Part shown: positions 1 to 9,179 of the stretch, in pieces
Layout: every line of letters begins with the position of its first letter
How positions within the stretch are numbered: position 1 is the stretch's first letter
Source: a virus
Lineage: Duplodnaviria > Caudoviricetes
Direction: 5' to 3' (one strand)
DNA: 43,099 bases
Virus record (IMG/VR): IMGVR_UViG_3300011337_000085
Location: 1-43,099 of that record
Translations under genes and position numbers: made by a program
Notes under the pieces: generated by a model
Told to the model about the DNA's origin: nothing
The model's database searches: none
Seen by the model: only the letters and a program-made list of their open reading frames with translations

Positions 1-127
1 ACAAACTTACCTGTAGTCACAGAAGCAGCAGCAACACCATTTACAGAGAATCCAATATTAGTGGTAGCCCCGATCAAATTGCCCTCTACCAAGAAGCCTA
101 CCTGACTAGTGACCGTTGCACTTGCAC
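1..127. repeat. Terminal direct repeat, identical to 42973-43099 (circular assembly overlap)
   Basis: Exact 127-nt match at both ends, inside an ORF that reads through the junction in frame. Confidence 0.97.
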
Positions 128-719
128 CAATAGTACTTTGTGCAGCAGCATAGTGGTAAAGTGCAGGCAGAGTAAAGACAGCATTGGCAACAGTAGGAAG
201 GGTTCTATTAATAAAGGCGGCAGCAGTTACACCACTTTGAATAGCACCATTATTCAGAATACCATATGCTGTAGTGGCACCAGTAATATTTTTACTTACT
301 GATAATGTTCGGTCTGCCCCTGCCGTTGTACCAATCAGGAAGTTTCCGTCAGCAGTGATACGTGCATCTTCTGCACCATCAATAGTAAAGGAGATAGCTG
401 TGGCACCAGAGGAAGCATTTCCGGGATCAGCACTGAATAGCAAATCACCTTGGATGCTTGTCGAGATTTGAGAAAAGATCGTCGAGACCCCGGTGTCTGT
501 GTCCTCAATGCGAAATGTTGGATTTGTATTCTTGAGGTGTAGAGGAACTACAGGGGTTGCCGTTCCAATACCTACGTTACCTTGGATATTCTTAAAGAAC
601 TCATCACGAGTAATCTTGTTTGTAGTATTAAGTGAGACATCTACAAGAGGAAGAACGTCTGTACCGACAGCAGTAGCACCTGTGATTGAAGGAAGTTCAG
701 ATATTTTAACCGTAGCCAT
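1..719 (-). CDS. Tail fibre / receptor-binding protein, 5' part (continues at 42972->42474; about 405 aa in total)
   Basis: ATG at 719 overlaps the Dit stop (TAATG); reads MATVKISELPSITGATAVGTDVLPLVD...GNVGIGTATPVVPLHL and stays open to the contig edge; absent from the ORF track. Confidence 0.85.
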   Translation of the reverse strand, partial: MATVKISELPSITGATAVGTDVLPLVDVSLNTTNKITRDEFFKNIQGNVGIGTATPVVPLHLKNTNPTFRIEDTDTGVSTIFSQISTSIQGDLLFSADPGNASSGATAISFTIDGAEDARITADGNFLIGTTAGADRTLSVSKNITGATTAYGILNNGAIQSGVTAAAFINRTLPTVANAVFTLPALYHYAAAQSTIGASATVTSQVGFLVEGNLIGATTNIGFSVNGVAAASVTTGKF

Positions 720-1345
720 TAAATTGCCTCCACGCAATCGAAGGTGATACCATAGGAACTAATCTCATTGATATTCCATTGGGTAATATTATCTTTGAGC
801 CTAAATCTGCCTTTTGTATTGGCTACTACAACAGCCGCATTGTTAGCAGGGGAACTTCTAAGGTCAGGCCAGATGTCTAGTGTTGCAGCGCCGCCACTTG
901 TATCTACTTGAGTAAGTACTTTATACAGTTGAGTGGTTGTACCAGAACCTAGTTGAATGTAGTCCCCCGGTAGAAGATAGCCAGTAACGCTAGTAGGAAG
1001 GCCATCAATAGTAAGAGTGTCTCCTGTCTGACTTGCACCACTAACTAGGGGAGTTCCGGGTGTAGTTCTAGCAGACCCTTGGGCATTAAAACAGTTAGGA
1101 TCACCGAGAAGGAAGGTTCCTGCTTGGCCCTTAAGACTAAGCAAGAAAGCAACCCAATTCTCAGCATCCACTCTTCGCATAGGAGGTAGAGAAATAGATG
1201 CAGACCACCTCTGACCGGGATGGACTACAATCTGTTGTTGAAACGTGAAGGGAGACTGACTAATAGCTACAGCATTTTCGGCCATAAGAGTAATGTTGGC
1301 AATACCAATGTTAGTCGGGGTATTCAAAGGGTAGCTAATAGCCAT
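719..1345 (-). CDS. Distal tail (Dit-like) protein
   Basis: Directly after tape measure; SPFTFQQQ, W...LPPM, FLLSLKG and FLLGDP motifs. Confidence 0.75.
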   Translation of the reverse strand: MAISYPLNTPTNIGIANITLMAENAVAISQSPFTFQQQIVVHPGQRWSASISLPPMRRVDAENWVAFLLSLKGQAGTFLLGDPNCFNAQGSARTTPGTPLVSGASQTGDTLTIDGLPTSVTGYLLPGDYIQLGSGTTTQLYKVLTQVDTSGGAATLDIWPDLRSSPANNAAVVVANTKGRFRLKDNITQWNINEISSYGITFDCVEAI

Positions 1346-1357
1346 TTTATTTCCTCA

Positions 1358-3625
1358 TCAACGGAAGGCTTGTTTCATTTGACCACCACGGAGACGGGCA
1401 TCAATGACAGCAGCTTTTGTAGCATTAGTAATCTGTGGGATCATCTTAGCGACTTCAGCACGGACCATAGCAGCATCACTACCAGTTACAGTAATGTTGT
1501 TGTTGACAGTGACCGCATTAGAACCACCACCGCCCATAGCTTTAGCTGTTTGGTTTGCATTGACTACAGTACCAGAAGAACGAGGGACCACAAGTTCTGG
1601 ACCTTTTTCACCCACAAGATAGGCTTTGCTAGGATCGACAGGACCACCAGAAGCTCTAGCACCCCCGAAAGGTAAACCAAAAGAACCTGTAGCTGGAGCA
1701 GAGAAGAAACCAACACCACCCTCAAAAGCACCAGTGACAGCACCTACAATCTTCTGGACTACGTAGATACGATAGAGTTCTTTGATAATCTCAGCAGCCA
1801 TACTCTTGAAAGCATCTTTGACAGATTGTGTCCCATCAACCATAGACATCAAAGCATTTTCTACAGAGTTCTTTACAGTCTCCATAATTTGCTTGCGTTG
1901 TTCTTCAAGGGCAATCAGACGTTCAGTCTCAGTGGCTTGTTGTACCAGACCTGCAATAATCTCTGGGCTAGTGGTCTTGAAGTCATCCCCAAGAGCCTGA
2001 CGAACCCTCTGGTATGCTTCTGAGGTACCAAGTAGTTCCTTTTCTACAGCAAGTTGCTCTTGTAGCTTCTCAATGGCTGTCTGAGTATCTTTTGCAGCAC
2101 CACCACCGCCCCCACCACCGCCGCGATGTATCTCTGGGGCCACAAAAGGTTTGAAGTTGGTTGTGTAAGATTTTGAACCACCCGGCATGAAATCTTTAGG
2201 ATCACCCCCGCGTCCACTGTAGACTTTACTGTCCCTTAAATTTACAAGACTAATTGCATCAGAAAGAGCAATACCCATATTGGCAGCAAGATTTGCAGCA
2301 GCAGCAGCAGCGGCAGATACACCACTCGAAATATCAACCCCAGCAATTTGTAGAACAGAGATGGCCGCTTGAGACATTCCAGATTCAAGCAAACTAGTTT
2401 CAGCCGCACTAGAACTAATCTGTCCTTCCATTAAGTAGGTTGCATCAAGAATTTGAAGGGCAGCTTGTGCAGTTAGAAGCTGTTGGTTATTCAATTCCCC
2501 ACTCGCGATAGCGGATTCAAGCAGATAGGCTTGCGTCTGATATTGAGCGTCTGCCATTGCTTGAGTAGGTTTAACCCCAGCTTCCAAAAGTCTCTGGTAG
2601 TCTTGCTGGATCATCAGTTTCTTTTCTGGGTCAGCAAGCCCTTCTGAAACAGCTTGGTTTAGGCTATTTAAGTCTTTGGCCAAACGGAGTTCAACTTCTT
2701 TATCGTAGATGAGACCCTTTTGAATACCAGCAGCAGTTGATAGATCACCGTTTAGAATACTTTGGGCTTCATTTTGTGCAGAAAGGATGTCTAGTTGGTC
2801 TTGTAAGGTTTTCTTTTGGGCTTCAAGCTCTTGTACTGTACCCACGGTAAGACCTGCAAAGGCAGCAGCTTTTCCCCCGAAACTTTTCATTTTCTCTATA
2901 CTTGCAGATAGGCTTGCAATTTTTTTCTCAAGGTCTTCTATCTGTTGATTTGCGCCTGCAACACCAAGGGACTCTGTATCAAATTTGAGTTTTAAAGATT
3001 CTTCCTTGTTCTTTCTAATCTCTTCGGTGAGTGCACTAATTGCTCCTGCATACGTAAGCACACCACCAATGGCATTATTTGCATCTCCACTCGTCCTCAT
3101 AAATGCAGCACCAATAGCTGTAACTAAAGGGATAGCAATACCCAGACCAGCACTGAGAGCTACAAGCGCACCAGAGCTAAGCCCCATGAATCCTGCGCCC
3201 ATGAGTGGAAGAATACCTACTAGCTGTGTGGCCTGTTGACCAAAAGCAACAAGAGGATTTGTTCCAGATTGAATTTGTACGAGGAAGTCACCGACTTGGT
3301 AGCCTGCTTGTTGTACAACTACACCCATTTGACCCATACCACGGCGGGTATTAGACAAAACAGATTCAAGACCTTTAAGTCTTTGAGAGGTTTGTTGTAG
3401 CTCCTTTACAGAAAATCTCTGGAACGAAGTAGAAGCAGCGTCTGTTTCTTTTTTAAGCATAGCTGTAATCTGTTGCATACGCTTAAAGTCTTCTATGACT
3501 TTTTTAGTCCCGTCAGAGACCTTTCTTTCTGAAACAGCAACAGAGTTTAAATCTGTAGCCAACTCTTTAACGAGTGGTTGACCTCTAATATCGACCAGAA
3601 TGCTAATAGTCCCAAGGTCACTCAT
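1358..3625 (-). CDS. Tail tape measure protein (about 755 aa)
   Basis: Long Ala/Gln-rich helical ORF with QQAGYQVGDFLVQ and RASGGPV...YLVGEKGPELVVP motifs; start MSDLG overlaps the upstream stop (ATGA). Confidence 0.92.
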   Translation of the reverse strand: MSDLGTISILVDIRGQPLVKELATDLNSVAVSERKVSDGTKKVIEDFKRMQQITAMLKKETDAASTSFQRFSVKELQQTSQRLKGLESVLSNTRRGMGQMGVVVQQAGYQVGDFLVQIQSGTNPLVAFGQQATQLVGILPLMGAGFMGLSSGALVALSAGLGIAIPLVTAIGAAFMRTSGDANNAIGGVLTYAGAISALTEEIRKNKEESLKLKFDTESLGVAGANQQIEDLEKKIASLSASIEKMKSFGGKAAAFAGLTVGTVQELEAQKKTLQDQLDILSAQNEAQSILNGDLSTAAGIQKGLIYDKEVELRLAKDLNSLNQAVSEGLADPEKKLMIQQDYQRLLEAGVKPTQAMADAQYQTQAYLLESAIASGELNNQQLLTAQAALQILDATYLMEGQISSSAAETSLLESGMSQAAISVLQIAGVDISSGVSAAAAAAANLAANMGIALSDAISLVNLRDSKVYSGRGGDPKDFMPGGSKSYTTNFKPFVAPEIHRGGGGGGGGAAKDTQTAIEKLQEQLAVEKELLGTSEAYQRVRQALGDDFKTTSPEIIAGLVQQATETERLIALEEQRKQIMETVKNSVENALMSMVDGTQSVKDAFKSMAAEIIKELYRIYVVQKIVGAVTGAFEGGVGFFSAPATGSFGLPFGGARASGGPVDPSKAYLVGEKGPELVVPRSSGTVVNANQTAKAMGGGGSNAVTVNNNITVTGSDAAMVRAEVAKMIPQITNATKAAVIDARLRGGQMKQAFR

Positions 3626-3975
3626 TTGCTCACCGTCCTCAAGTAAACTGCATCTATTTTCTTTACCGCCCCAACTTCCCAAGGCAGTAGTGTGTTATTC
3701 GTTAGGCGTTGCCAAGCGTCAATTTCTTGGTAACTGATTGGTGCAGGTCCATTGAACCCTTGACCTCTGGCATTGTTGAGCAATAAAAAAGCAGTCCAGA
3801 CATATTCCAGTAACTCTGGGAACTCTGGTCCCTGTAGAGCCAATGGTGTTCGTCCAGACTGCCTTTCTACTTGTTGTAGGTGTTCACGCTCAGTTACACC
3901 ATCTTTGTCAGGAATAGAGAGTTTGAAATCCCACTCTGCGTACTCCTCTATGTCAAGGATCAGACTCTCAAAAAA
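3622..3975 (-). CDS. Tail assembly chaperone, frameshift extension (gpT-like)
   Basis: The -1 frame is open from slippery T-TTT-TTG (3975-3969) to the stop at 3622; PISYQEIDAW motif. Confidence 0.8.
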   Translation of the reverse strand, partial: FFESLILDIEEYAEWDFKLSIPDKDGVTEREHLQQVERQSGRTPLALQGPEFPELLEYVWTAFLLLNNARGQGFNGPAPISYQEIDAWQRLTNNTLLPWEVGAVKKIDAVYLRTVSK

Positions 3976-4361
3976 GCTGAGTAATCCTCTTGGGCTTCAA
4001 TAACTTGTTGCTTCAACCAAGGAAGTTTACTGTAGACTTCAATCGCTTCTGCAACAGAAAATTTAGGAGACTTTCCACTAAGCTGGATCGACCAGTCTTT
4101 GGTAGTCTTTGCCAACATCTCAAGCGTAGTATTCTCAAGTTCTTCTGCGGTGAAAGTAATCTTTTTACCCTTAGCAGCTTTCTGGATACGCTTATTCGTT
4201 TGCTCATGCACAACAGTCTTATAGACGCTAGAGTGAGGCGCATAAACCGTGATAGTCATTTCCTTACCATCGTCTTTCGTAAGGGGTTCCTCAGTCAGAG
4301 GGTGTTTCAGATTAACTACAATAGTGTCATCGGTCGGGATCATTGATGCAAGGTCAGTCAT
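3960..4361 (-). CDS. Tail assembly chaperone (gpG-like)
   Basis: Between tail tube and tape measure; ends in a slippery heptamer. Confidence 0.82.
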   Translation of the reverse strand: MTDLASMIPTDDTIVVNLKHPLTEEPLTKDDGKEMTITVYAPHSSVYKTVVHEQTNKRIQKAAKGKKITFTAEELENTTLEMLAKTTKDWSIQLSGKSPKFSVAEAIEVYSKLPWLKQQVIEAQEDYSAFLRV

Positions 4362-4399
4362 AGTCGGGTGGTCCTTTGTTTATATTATTAAATCGGGAA

Positions 4400-4441
4400 A
4401 GAATTAAAGCGGGTGGTCAACCCCCGACAAGCCAACCACCC
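4400..4441 (-). terminator. GC-rich hairpin with weak U-rich tail (partial terminator or regulatory leader)
   Basis: mRNA GGGTGGTTGGC-loop-GTTGACCACCC followed by GCTTTAATTCTTT, downstream of the tail tube gene. Confidence 0.5.
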
Positions 4442-4488
4442 TAGCCCCGCAGTAAAGCGAGGATTAGTTTACCCAGAAGGGAATTACA

Positions 4489-5649
4489 TCACGTTGGATT
4501 ACGGATAACTTCAATGTTGCTGTTTTCAGCCGTATCATACAGAGCCACGAAAGGAAGAGTGATAATACGCGAGGCTGGGCCATCTACAGGAACACTTGAA
4601 CCGTTAATCTTCACACGAGGGAAGTGGAATGTGTAGTTAGAAGCACCACTAGGATCATTCACAGTAACTTGGAAAGCAGAAGTCGTCTCGCTAACGAAGC
4701 GGTTGATCAAGGCTGCGTCTTCAAAGTAGGCAGTGATAGTGCCTTCAACAGTGGCCATACCAAATTCAAGTTGTGGCGTCGAATCCGAGCCAACTACAAA
4801 GGTAGGCGCAAGAGCATTGCTGACAGTGAAGTCAATACCAGTAATGGTTGCTACAGAAGTCAGACCACCAGTAGCACTTGCGTTACCGATTGCCATGACA
4901 CCAGAATAGGCATCAAAAGGTTGGTTTGTCGAAGAAGCCGTCTTAACAGCGTCAACCGAGGTGCCCGAGATGGTCATATCCTTGCCAACCATACCAAAGG
5001 TAGCAGAGATCATGGAATTTGGCTTAATGGAGATAGCAAGAGTATCGACAGTCATACCCGTGAAGAGACGGAACTGAGAGATATCAGCGGCTGCATCTTC
5101 AATGCTAAACGATTTAGCGGTCGTACCAATCTTCAAAGCACGGTTTTTAATAGTACCGGCAACAGTCTGAGGACCAGCAGTTGCGTTAGCATACGAGACA
5201 GATGTAGCAGTACAAGCCGTGACAGTGAAAGTCCCGTTAAAGCCCGCAGGAGTTACACCAGCAACCGTGATGGCAGAACCAACTGGGAAGGGTGGGATCG
5301 TTTGAGAAGTAAACGTCAAAGTAGCTACACCGCCAGTGCTAGAAGCAGCAGTCGTAGCAATGGTTGCAGAATCAGCAAAAGCACTCATAAAAGCACTTTC
5401 TAGGAAGGGATCAAAATCACCCTTACGCAGATCAACAACAATGTCACCACCAGCTTGACGATTGCCATGACGGTCAACACGAAGCATACGATCAGGTTGA
5501 ATTTCGTTGCCGCTTACACGATCTTTAGTCAGGTCCAAAGAGCTAGTGTTATAGGGCAATTGAATAAGAGAAGGGGTACCGGGAGTAACGCCAAAAGTGG
5601 ATTCTGTCACATACGACAGGCCAGAACGACTACCTTGAGAGAAAGCCAT
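4489..5649 (-). CDS. Major tail tube protein with inserted beta-rich domain
   Basis: YVTESTFGVTP N-terminus; VEGTITAYFED and FHFPRVK motifs; position after tail terminator. Confidence 0.88.
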   Translation of the reverse strand: MAFSQGSRSGLSYVTESTFGVTPGTPSLIQLPYNTSSLDLTKDRVSGNEIQPDRMLRVDRHGNRQAGGDIVVDLRKGDFDPFLESAFMSAFADSATIATTAASSTGGVATLTFTSQTIPPFPVGSAITVAGVTPAGFNGTFTVTACTATSVSYANATAGPQTVAGTIKNRALKIGTTAKSFSIEDAAADISQFRLFTGMTVDTLAISIKPNSMISATFGMVGKDMTISGTSVDAVKTASSTNQPFDAYSGVMAIGNASATGGLTSVATITGIDFTVSNALAPTFVVGSDSTPQLEFGMATVEGTITAYFEDAALINRFVSETTSAFQVTVNDPSGASNYTFHFPRVKINGSSVPVDGPASRIITLPFVALYDTAENSNIEVIRNPT

Positions 5650-5664
5650 ATTAAGTTTCCTTTA

Positions 5665-6069
5665 TTAGTTGTAGACATACCACGCGATTGTCACGGGAGT
5701 GCAGTAGAAGGGAGAGTCAAGGAAACTTGTCCTGACTTCGGAGTAATCAATGGAAATAATCAAACCATTGAAGGAGATGTCTGTTGCCACATTGAATCTA
5801 TCAAGCAACAAATCAGCAATGTCGTACCCTGCACCTGATCCCAATCCTTCTGGTGTACAAACTAGGATACTGTAGATACCATCATATCGCTTCTGAGGAT
5901 TAAGGCCCCTGACAGCGGCTCTACGAGAGGTAGGGACCATATCGGCCTTCACATAGGAAGTACCAGTGGTAGGTTCAAAAGGGATGTTCTGACGAGCGAT
6001 AGTTGGTATGCCTGATGTCCCAGTCAAATGTGAGTCTAGGCAAGCACGAATGTCATTAATGATTGTCAT
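5665..6069 (-). CDS. Tail terminator protein
   Basis: Size, position before tail tube, N.PF.P and P.G.G motifs. Confidence 0.72.
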   Translation of the reverse strand: MTIINDIRACLDSHLTGTSGIPTIARQNIPFEPTTGTSYVKADMVPTSRRAAVRGLNPQKRYDGIYSILVCTPEGLGSGAGYDIADLLLDRFNVATDISFNGLIISIDYSEVRTSFLDSPFYCTPVTIAWYVYN

Positions 6070-6491
6070 TGGCTGCCTCTGACTTTATTGATTGCATCTT
6101 GCAGATGAATACCAGCCCTATTTCTAACACTTGTAAAGACTTGGTAGGGGGCAGTCTTTTCCCAACCAGAGTATTCTACTTTGTTAGCATAGGGACTTCT
6201 ATTGGCTACGTAGACTGTTGTAGCATCCTTTGGCAATGAAGAAATCTGACCATTTAATTTAGCTAATGCTTCTTCTCTAGCTGTGCCATTGTCAGGGCCT
6301 TTTCCATGAGAGTTTTTTCTACCCCCAGAGCCAGAAGAAGTTGTTATTGAGTGGTTGCTTACATATGTACCTGTATCTACCGGGGAAGATGCTACAAGGT
6401 CTTCAGCAACATTACGCAAAAATTCATCTCTTACTTGATCTAAGTCTTGTTCAATCTTCTTTATGAGACTTGATAATGACCGTTGAACCAT
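6066..6491 (-). CDS. HK97 gp10-like neck / tail completion protein
   Basis: SPVDTG and N.SPYA..VEY motifs; start MVQRS at 6491. Confidence 0.8.
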   Translation of the reverse strand: MVQRSLSSLIKKIEQDLDQVRDEFLRNVAEDLVASSPVDTGTYVSNHSITTSSGSGGRKNSHGKGPDNGTAREEALAKLNGQISSLPKDATTVYVANRSPYANKVEYSGWEKTAPYQVFTSVRNRAGIHLQDAINKVRGSQ

Positions 6492-6492
6492 G

Positions 6493-6855
6493 TCATTCCC
6501 TAACTTGCAACTGATAGCACATCGTAGCACTGCCAGACTTAATCTCCATGACCTTAACGATATTTACCGTATCCCCAAGACCAATGATCTGATCTGTAGC
6601 GTCTGGTTCTGGTGTAGCTGATCCGTTTGTCAACTTACTATCCAATACAACCCTACGGTCACCACGAAGAATAGAGTTGCTGTCAATCATATCTGGTGTA
6701 TAATCGTAGAAATAGCCCCGTACAGTGTAGTCTGTGTTTGTGGTAGTCACAGTACCTGTAGTGTCGTTATATGCACCAGCGGCTCTCTTACGAAGTGTGA
6801 GGGCTATTCCGTGTTCGTTAATCAGTTGGCGCAGAGTGGAGGGATCAAACGCCAT
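6493..6855 (-). CDS. Head closure / head-tail joining protein
   Basis: Position; G.Y+..TG and ID...I..GD motifs; start MAFDP at 6855. Confidence 0.7.
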   Translation of the reverse strand: MAFDPSTLRQLINEHGIALTLRKRAAGAYNDTTGTVTTTNTDYTVRGYFYDYTPDMIDSNSILRGDRRVVLDSKLTNGSATPEPDATDQIIGLGDTVNIVKVMEIKSGSATMCYQLQVRE

Positions 6856-7318
6856 TGGGTTCATCGGGAAGGTACTGGTCTCCCGCCTCTGTATTGTCAA
6901 ACTGAGTGATACCAAAAGCAGGCTTCACACGATCAGTTGTAGCGTTAGCAACTCCCATTGCAGCTACAGAGATACCACCAGCAGAGATGCCTAGGGTCTT
7001 GCCAGAGGTCTTCTTGCCTTGGGCTTCAATCTGGGTAGCCAACTGAGTATACTGCTTTGCACGGTCACTATAGTTAGCACTCAGGGCACCATCAAGAGTA
7101 GTAGTAACCATGCGACTAAACTTAGCAGCAATAGCCCTACAAATCCATACAGCAGCATAGTAGACATTATCACCAGTCTGTGAGAGAGCAAAAGTAATCT
7201 CTTCGTTCTGAACCAGTTGGTCTGTGGTATCTGTGTCACCTACAAGGAGACGAACAGTGTTGATCCTACCTGCGCTGGTAGTAGTGTTCAAATCAGTCGC
7301 TGAATAGGACCAAGACAT
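6845..7318 (-). CDS. Head-tail adaptor
   Basis: VRLLVGDTD...NEEI...AA..CRAIAAKF motif; position. Confidence 0.78.
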   Translation of the reverse strand: MSWSYSATDLNTTTSAGRINTVRLLVGDTDTTDQLVQNEEITFALSQTGDNVYYAAVWICRAIAAKFSRMVTTTLDGALSANYSDRAKQYTQLATQIEAQGKKTSGKTLGISAGGISVAAMGVANATTDRVKPAFGITQFDNTEAGDQYLPDEPNGV

Positions 7319-7334
7319 TTGTTCGCCTCATTAA

Positions 7335-7742
7335 TTAGTTTTCTAGTTCACCATAGGACATACGCCATCTACGAATAAGACCAATTTGTTTATCTTTGAT
7401 CTTACTAGAGGTACACTTCTTCTGCATGAACTCTGTGCTATTCTTTGTCTTGGCTTTTACTTTCCCATTGATATTATCTACGAGAAGGTGTAACTGGTCT
7501 ACCGAGTATTCTTCAAGACCATCACCAATAGAAACCTTTGTAGCTGCAACCTCTTCTAACTCTTCATTGTGGTGAAGCATATCGTTGAAGAACAACTGTT
7601 GAATTACTTCATGAGAGATTCCAAAGAACTCCCAGTTAAAGCGATCACCCTTCTTCCAAATCTTACCCGCCAGTTGAATGCCTTGTAGTTTGACAAACAC
7701 TGGACGAGCAGGATTGAAGAAGGGGAGAAACGGTCGGGTCAT
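7335..7742 (-). CDS. Hypothetical protein downstream of capsid
   Basis: ORF in operon with SD GGGAG before MTRPF. Confidence 0.65.
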   Translation of the reverse strand: MTRPFLPFFNPARPVFVKLQGIQLAGKIWKKGDRFNWEFFGISHEVIQQLFFNDMLHHNEELEEVAATKVSIGDGLEEYSVDQLHLLVDNINGKVKAKTKNSTEFMQKKCTSSKIKDKQIGLIRRWRMSYGELEN

Positions 7743-7763
7743 CTCTCCCACTCCTTACATTAG

Positions 7764-8771
7764 TTACGCGATAACGCTGTCAATAACAGCACCGAGGTCA
7801 GCCGAAACAACCTTATGGTCGTAGGCCATGTTGGCTTCCAGCACTTCAGCAATGCCATCGATAGCCAGATAGTCACCACGATACGACTTGATTGCAAGAC
7901 CGCTACCGGAAGCATTTTCCAGTTCATCCCACGTGAAGGTATAACCAGCCGAAGGGATCATCAGGCCCGAAGAACGGGGACGGTAGTAGAAAGCAGCCAG
8001 TTTACCACCAATGAAGGCATTCGATTCAGCCAAACCTTCAGCAGCAGTGTTCTTCACGGTTTCCATAACCAAGAACTCTTCCACACCGAAGATTTCAGCC
8101 AACTTGGCATCCGTCACCATAGCAGTGTTCGTGACCGTAGCACCACCGTTCAGGCGGGCAAGGATCGTTGGGTGGTTAACCAGAACGTCGCGGACTTGCT
8201 TACCTACAACCATCACATTAGGCTTGAAACCTCCCGACTTGAGTTGTACAGTACGCATGATGTTGGTAACGTCAACAATCGGGGTCGAGTTCGTGTAGTC
8301 AGACCATTGCTTAACTTCATTGGTCGTAGGCGTACCCGAAACACCATCCCAATCCGTACCCCAGACACCACCAGCGAAGTAGGTAGTAGCCCACTTGATT
8401 TCGCGGTCGATCAGAAGTTGGTGGGTCAGCATCTGTGCGCCAGCAGCGCGGATATCCAAGGCTGCATCTTCGTTAGCAAGCGTCTGGAAGTCGAAGTCAG
8501 TGGCCAGCGAGAAAACATCAGCCGAGTAGGTATCCGTCGAGAGGGTCATACCAACGCGAGGAGCCTGAGTACGGGGAGCGCGAGGTTGGACTTGGCCAGT
8601 GCGGTTGAAGTCAGCGCGGTTGTAGATGTAATACTTGTCAGTTTTCTTGGAGACAGAGACCTTCGGGAAAACACGATCAGCAATAAAGCCGTTAGCGTCT
8701 TGCAGGAAGGCAACCGTCAGGTTAGTAAGGGGGGCGTCGATATGGACGGCACCGGGGGACAACATAGCCAT
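7764..8771 (-). CDS. Major capsid protein (lambda gpE-like HK97 fold)
   Basis: 335 aa; ID..LTNL, FIADRVFP.V and KPNVMVVG motifs; strongly biased codons; SD AAGGA. Confidence 0.9.
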   Translation of the reverse strand: MAMLSPGAVHIDAPLTNLTVAFLQDANGFIADRVFPKVSVSKKTDKYYIYNRADFNRTGQVQPRAPRTQAPRVGMTLSTDTYSADVFSLATDFDFQTLANEDAALDIRAAGAQMLTHQLLIDREIKWATTYFAGGVWGTDWDGVSGTPTTNEVKQWSDYTNSTPIVDVTNIMRTVQLKSGGFKPNVMVVGKQVRDVLVNHPTILARLNGGATVTNTAMVTDAKLAEIFGVEEFLVMETVKNTAAEGLAESNAFIGGKLAAFYYRPRSSGLMIPSAGYTFTWDELENASGSGLAIKSYRGDYLAIDGIAEVLEANMAYDHKVVSADLGAVIDSVIA

Positions 8772-8798
8772 TTGTAATGTTCCTTATTTCAAACTAGA

Positions 8799-9164
8799 TT
8801 AGGCTGCGGCTTTATCAGCGCGAGACAATTCGATGGTGATGACCTGACCGTCAACAGCGGCTTCCAGAGCATAACCCACGATCACGTTGGTCGAAGCAGC
8901 GGCTTTGGCTTTGCCCGAGGTACCAACTGCAACAGCAGCGCCACGAGTGATCGTACCACCAGCCAGAACAGTCACACGACCATCGTAAGCAACCGTGATA
9001 GCTTCGTTTGCACCAGCAGCGGACATCAGTGCCACACCATCGGTACGAGCGTTAGCAGAGGTGTTGTCAACTTGACCATCAGAGGCCAAAGAGACGAAGG
9101 TGAATTGAGCAACAGCCGAACCCGAAGTGTAGGTGCGCGTAGCCATACGTTCCGTAAATGCCAT
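8799..9164 (-). CDS. Capsid cement / decoration protein (DUF2190-like)
   Basis: Ala/Gly/Val-rich, AGGTI..GA.V...G.A and VGYALEAA..GQVI; between scaffold and capsid. Confidence 0.8.
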   Translation of the reverse strand: MAFTERMATRTYTSGSAVAQFTFVSLASDGQVDNTSANARTDGVALMSAAGANEAITVAYDGRVTVLAGGTITRGAAVAVGTSGKAKAAASTNVIVGYALEAAVDGQVITIELSRADKAAA

Positions 9165-9179
9165 AATAGAGGCTCCTTA

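Noticed and set aside
3626-3682. N-terminal extensions in the ORF track (also 6530, 6915, 17300, 24509, 28796, 33947)
   Set aside because: Downstream starts fit better by SD and/or stop-start coupling
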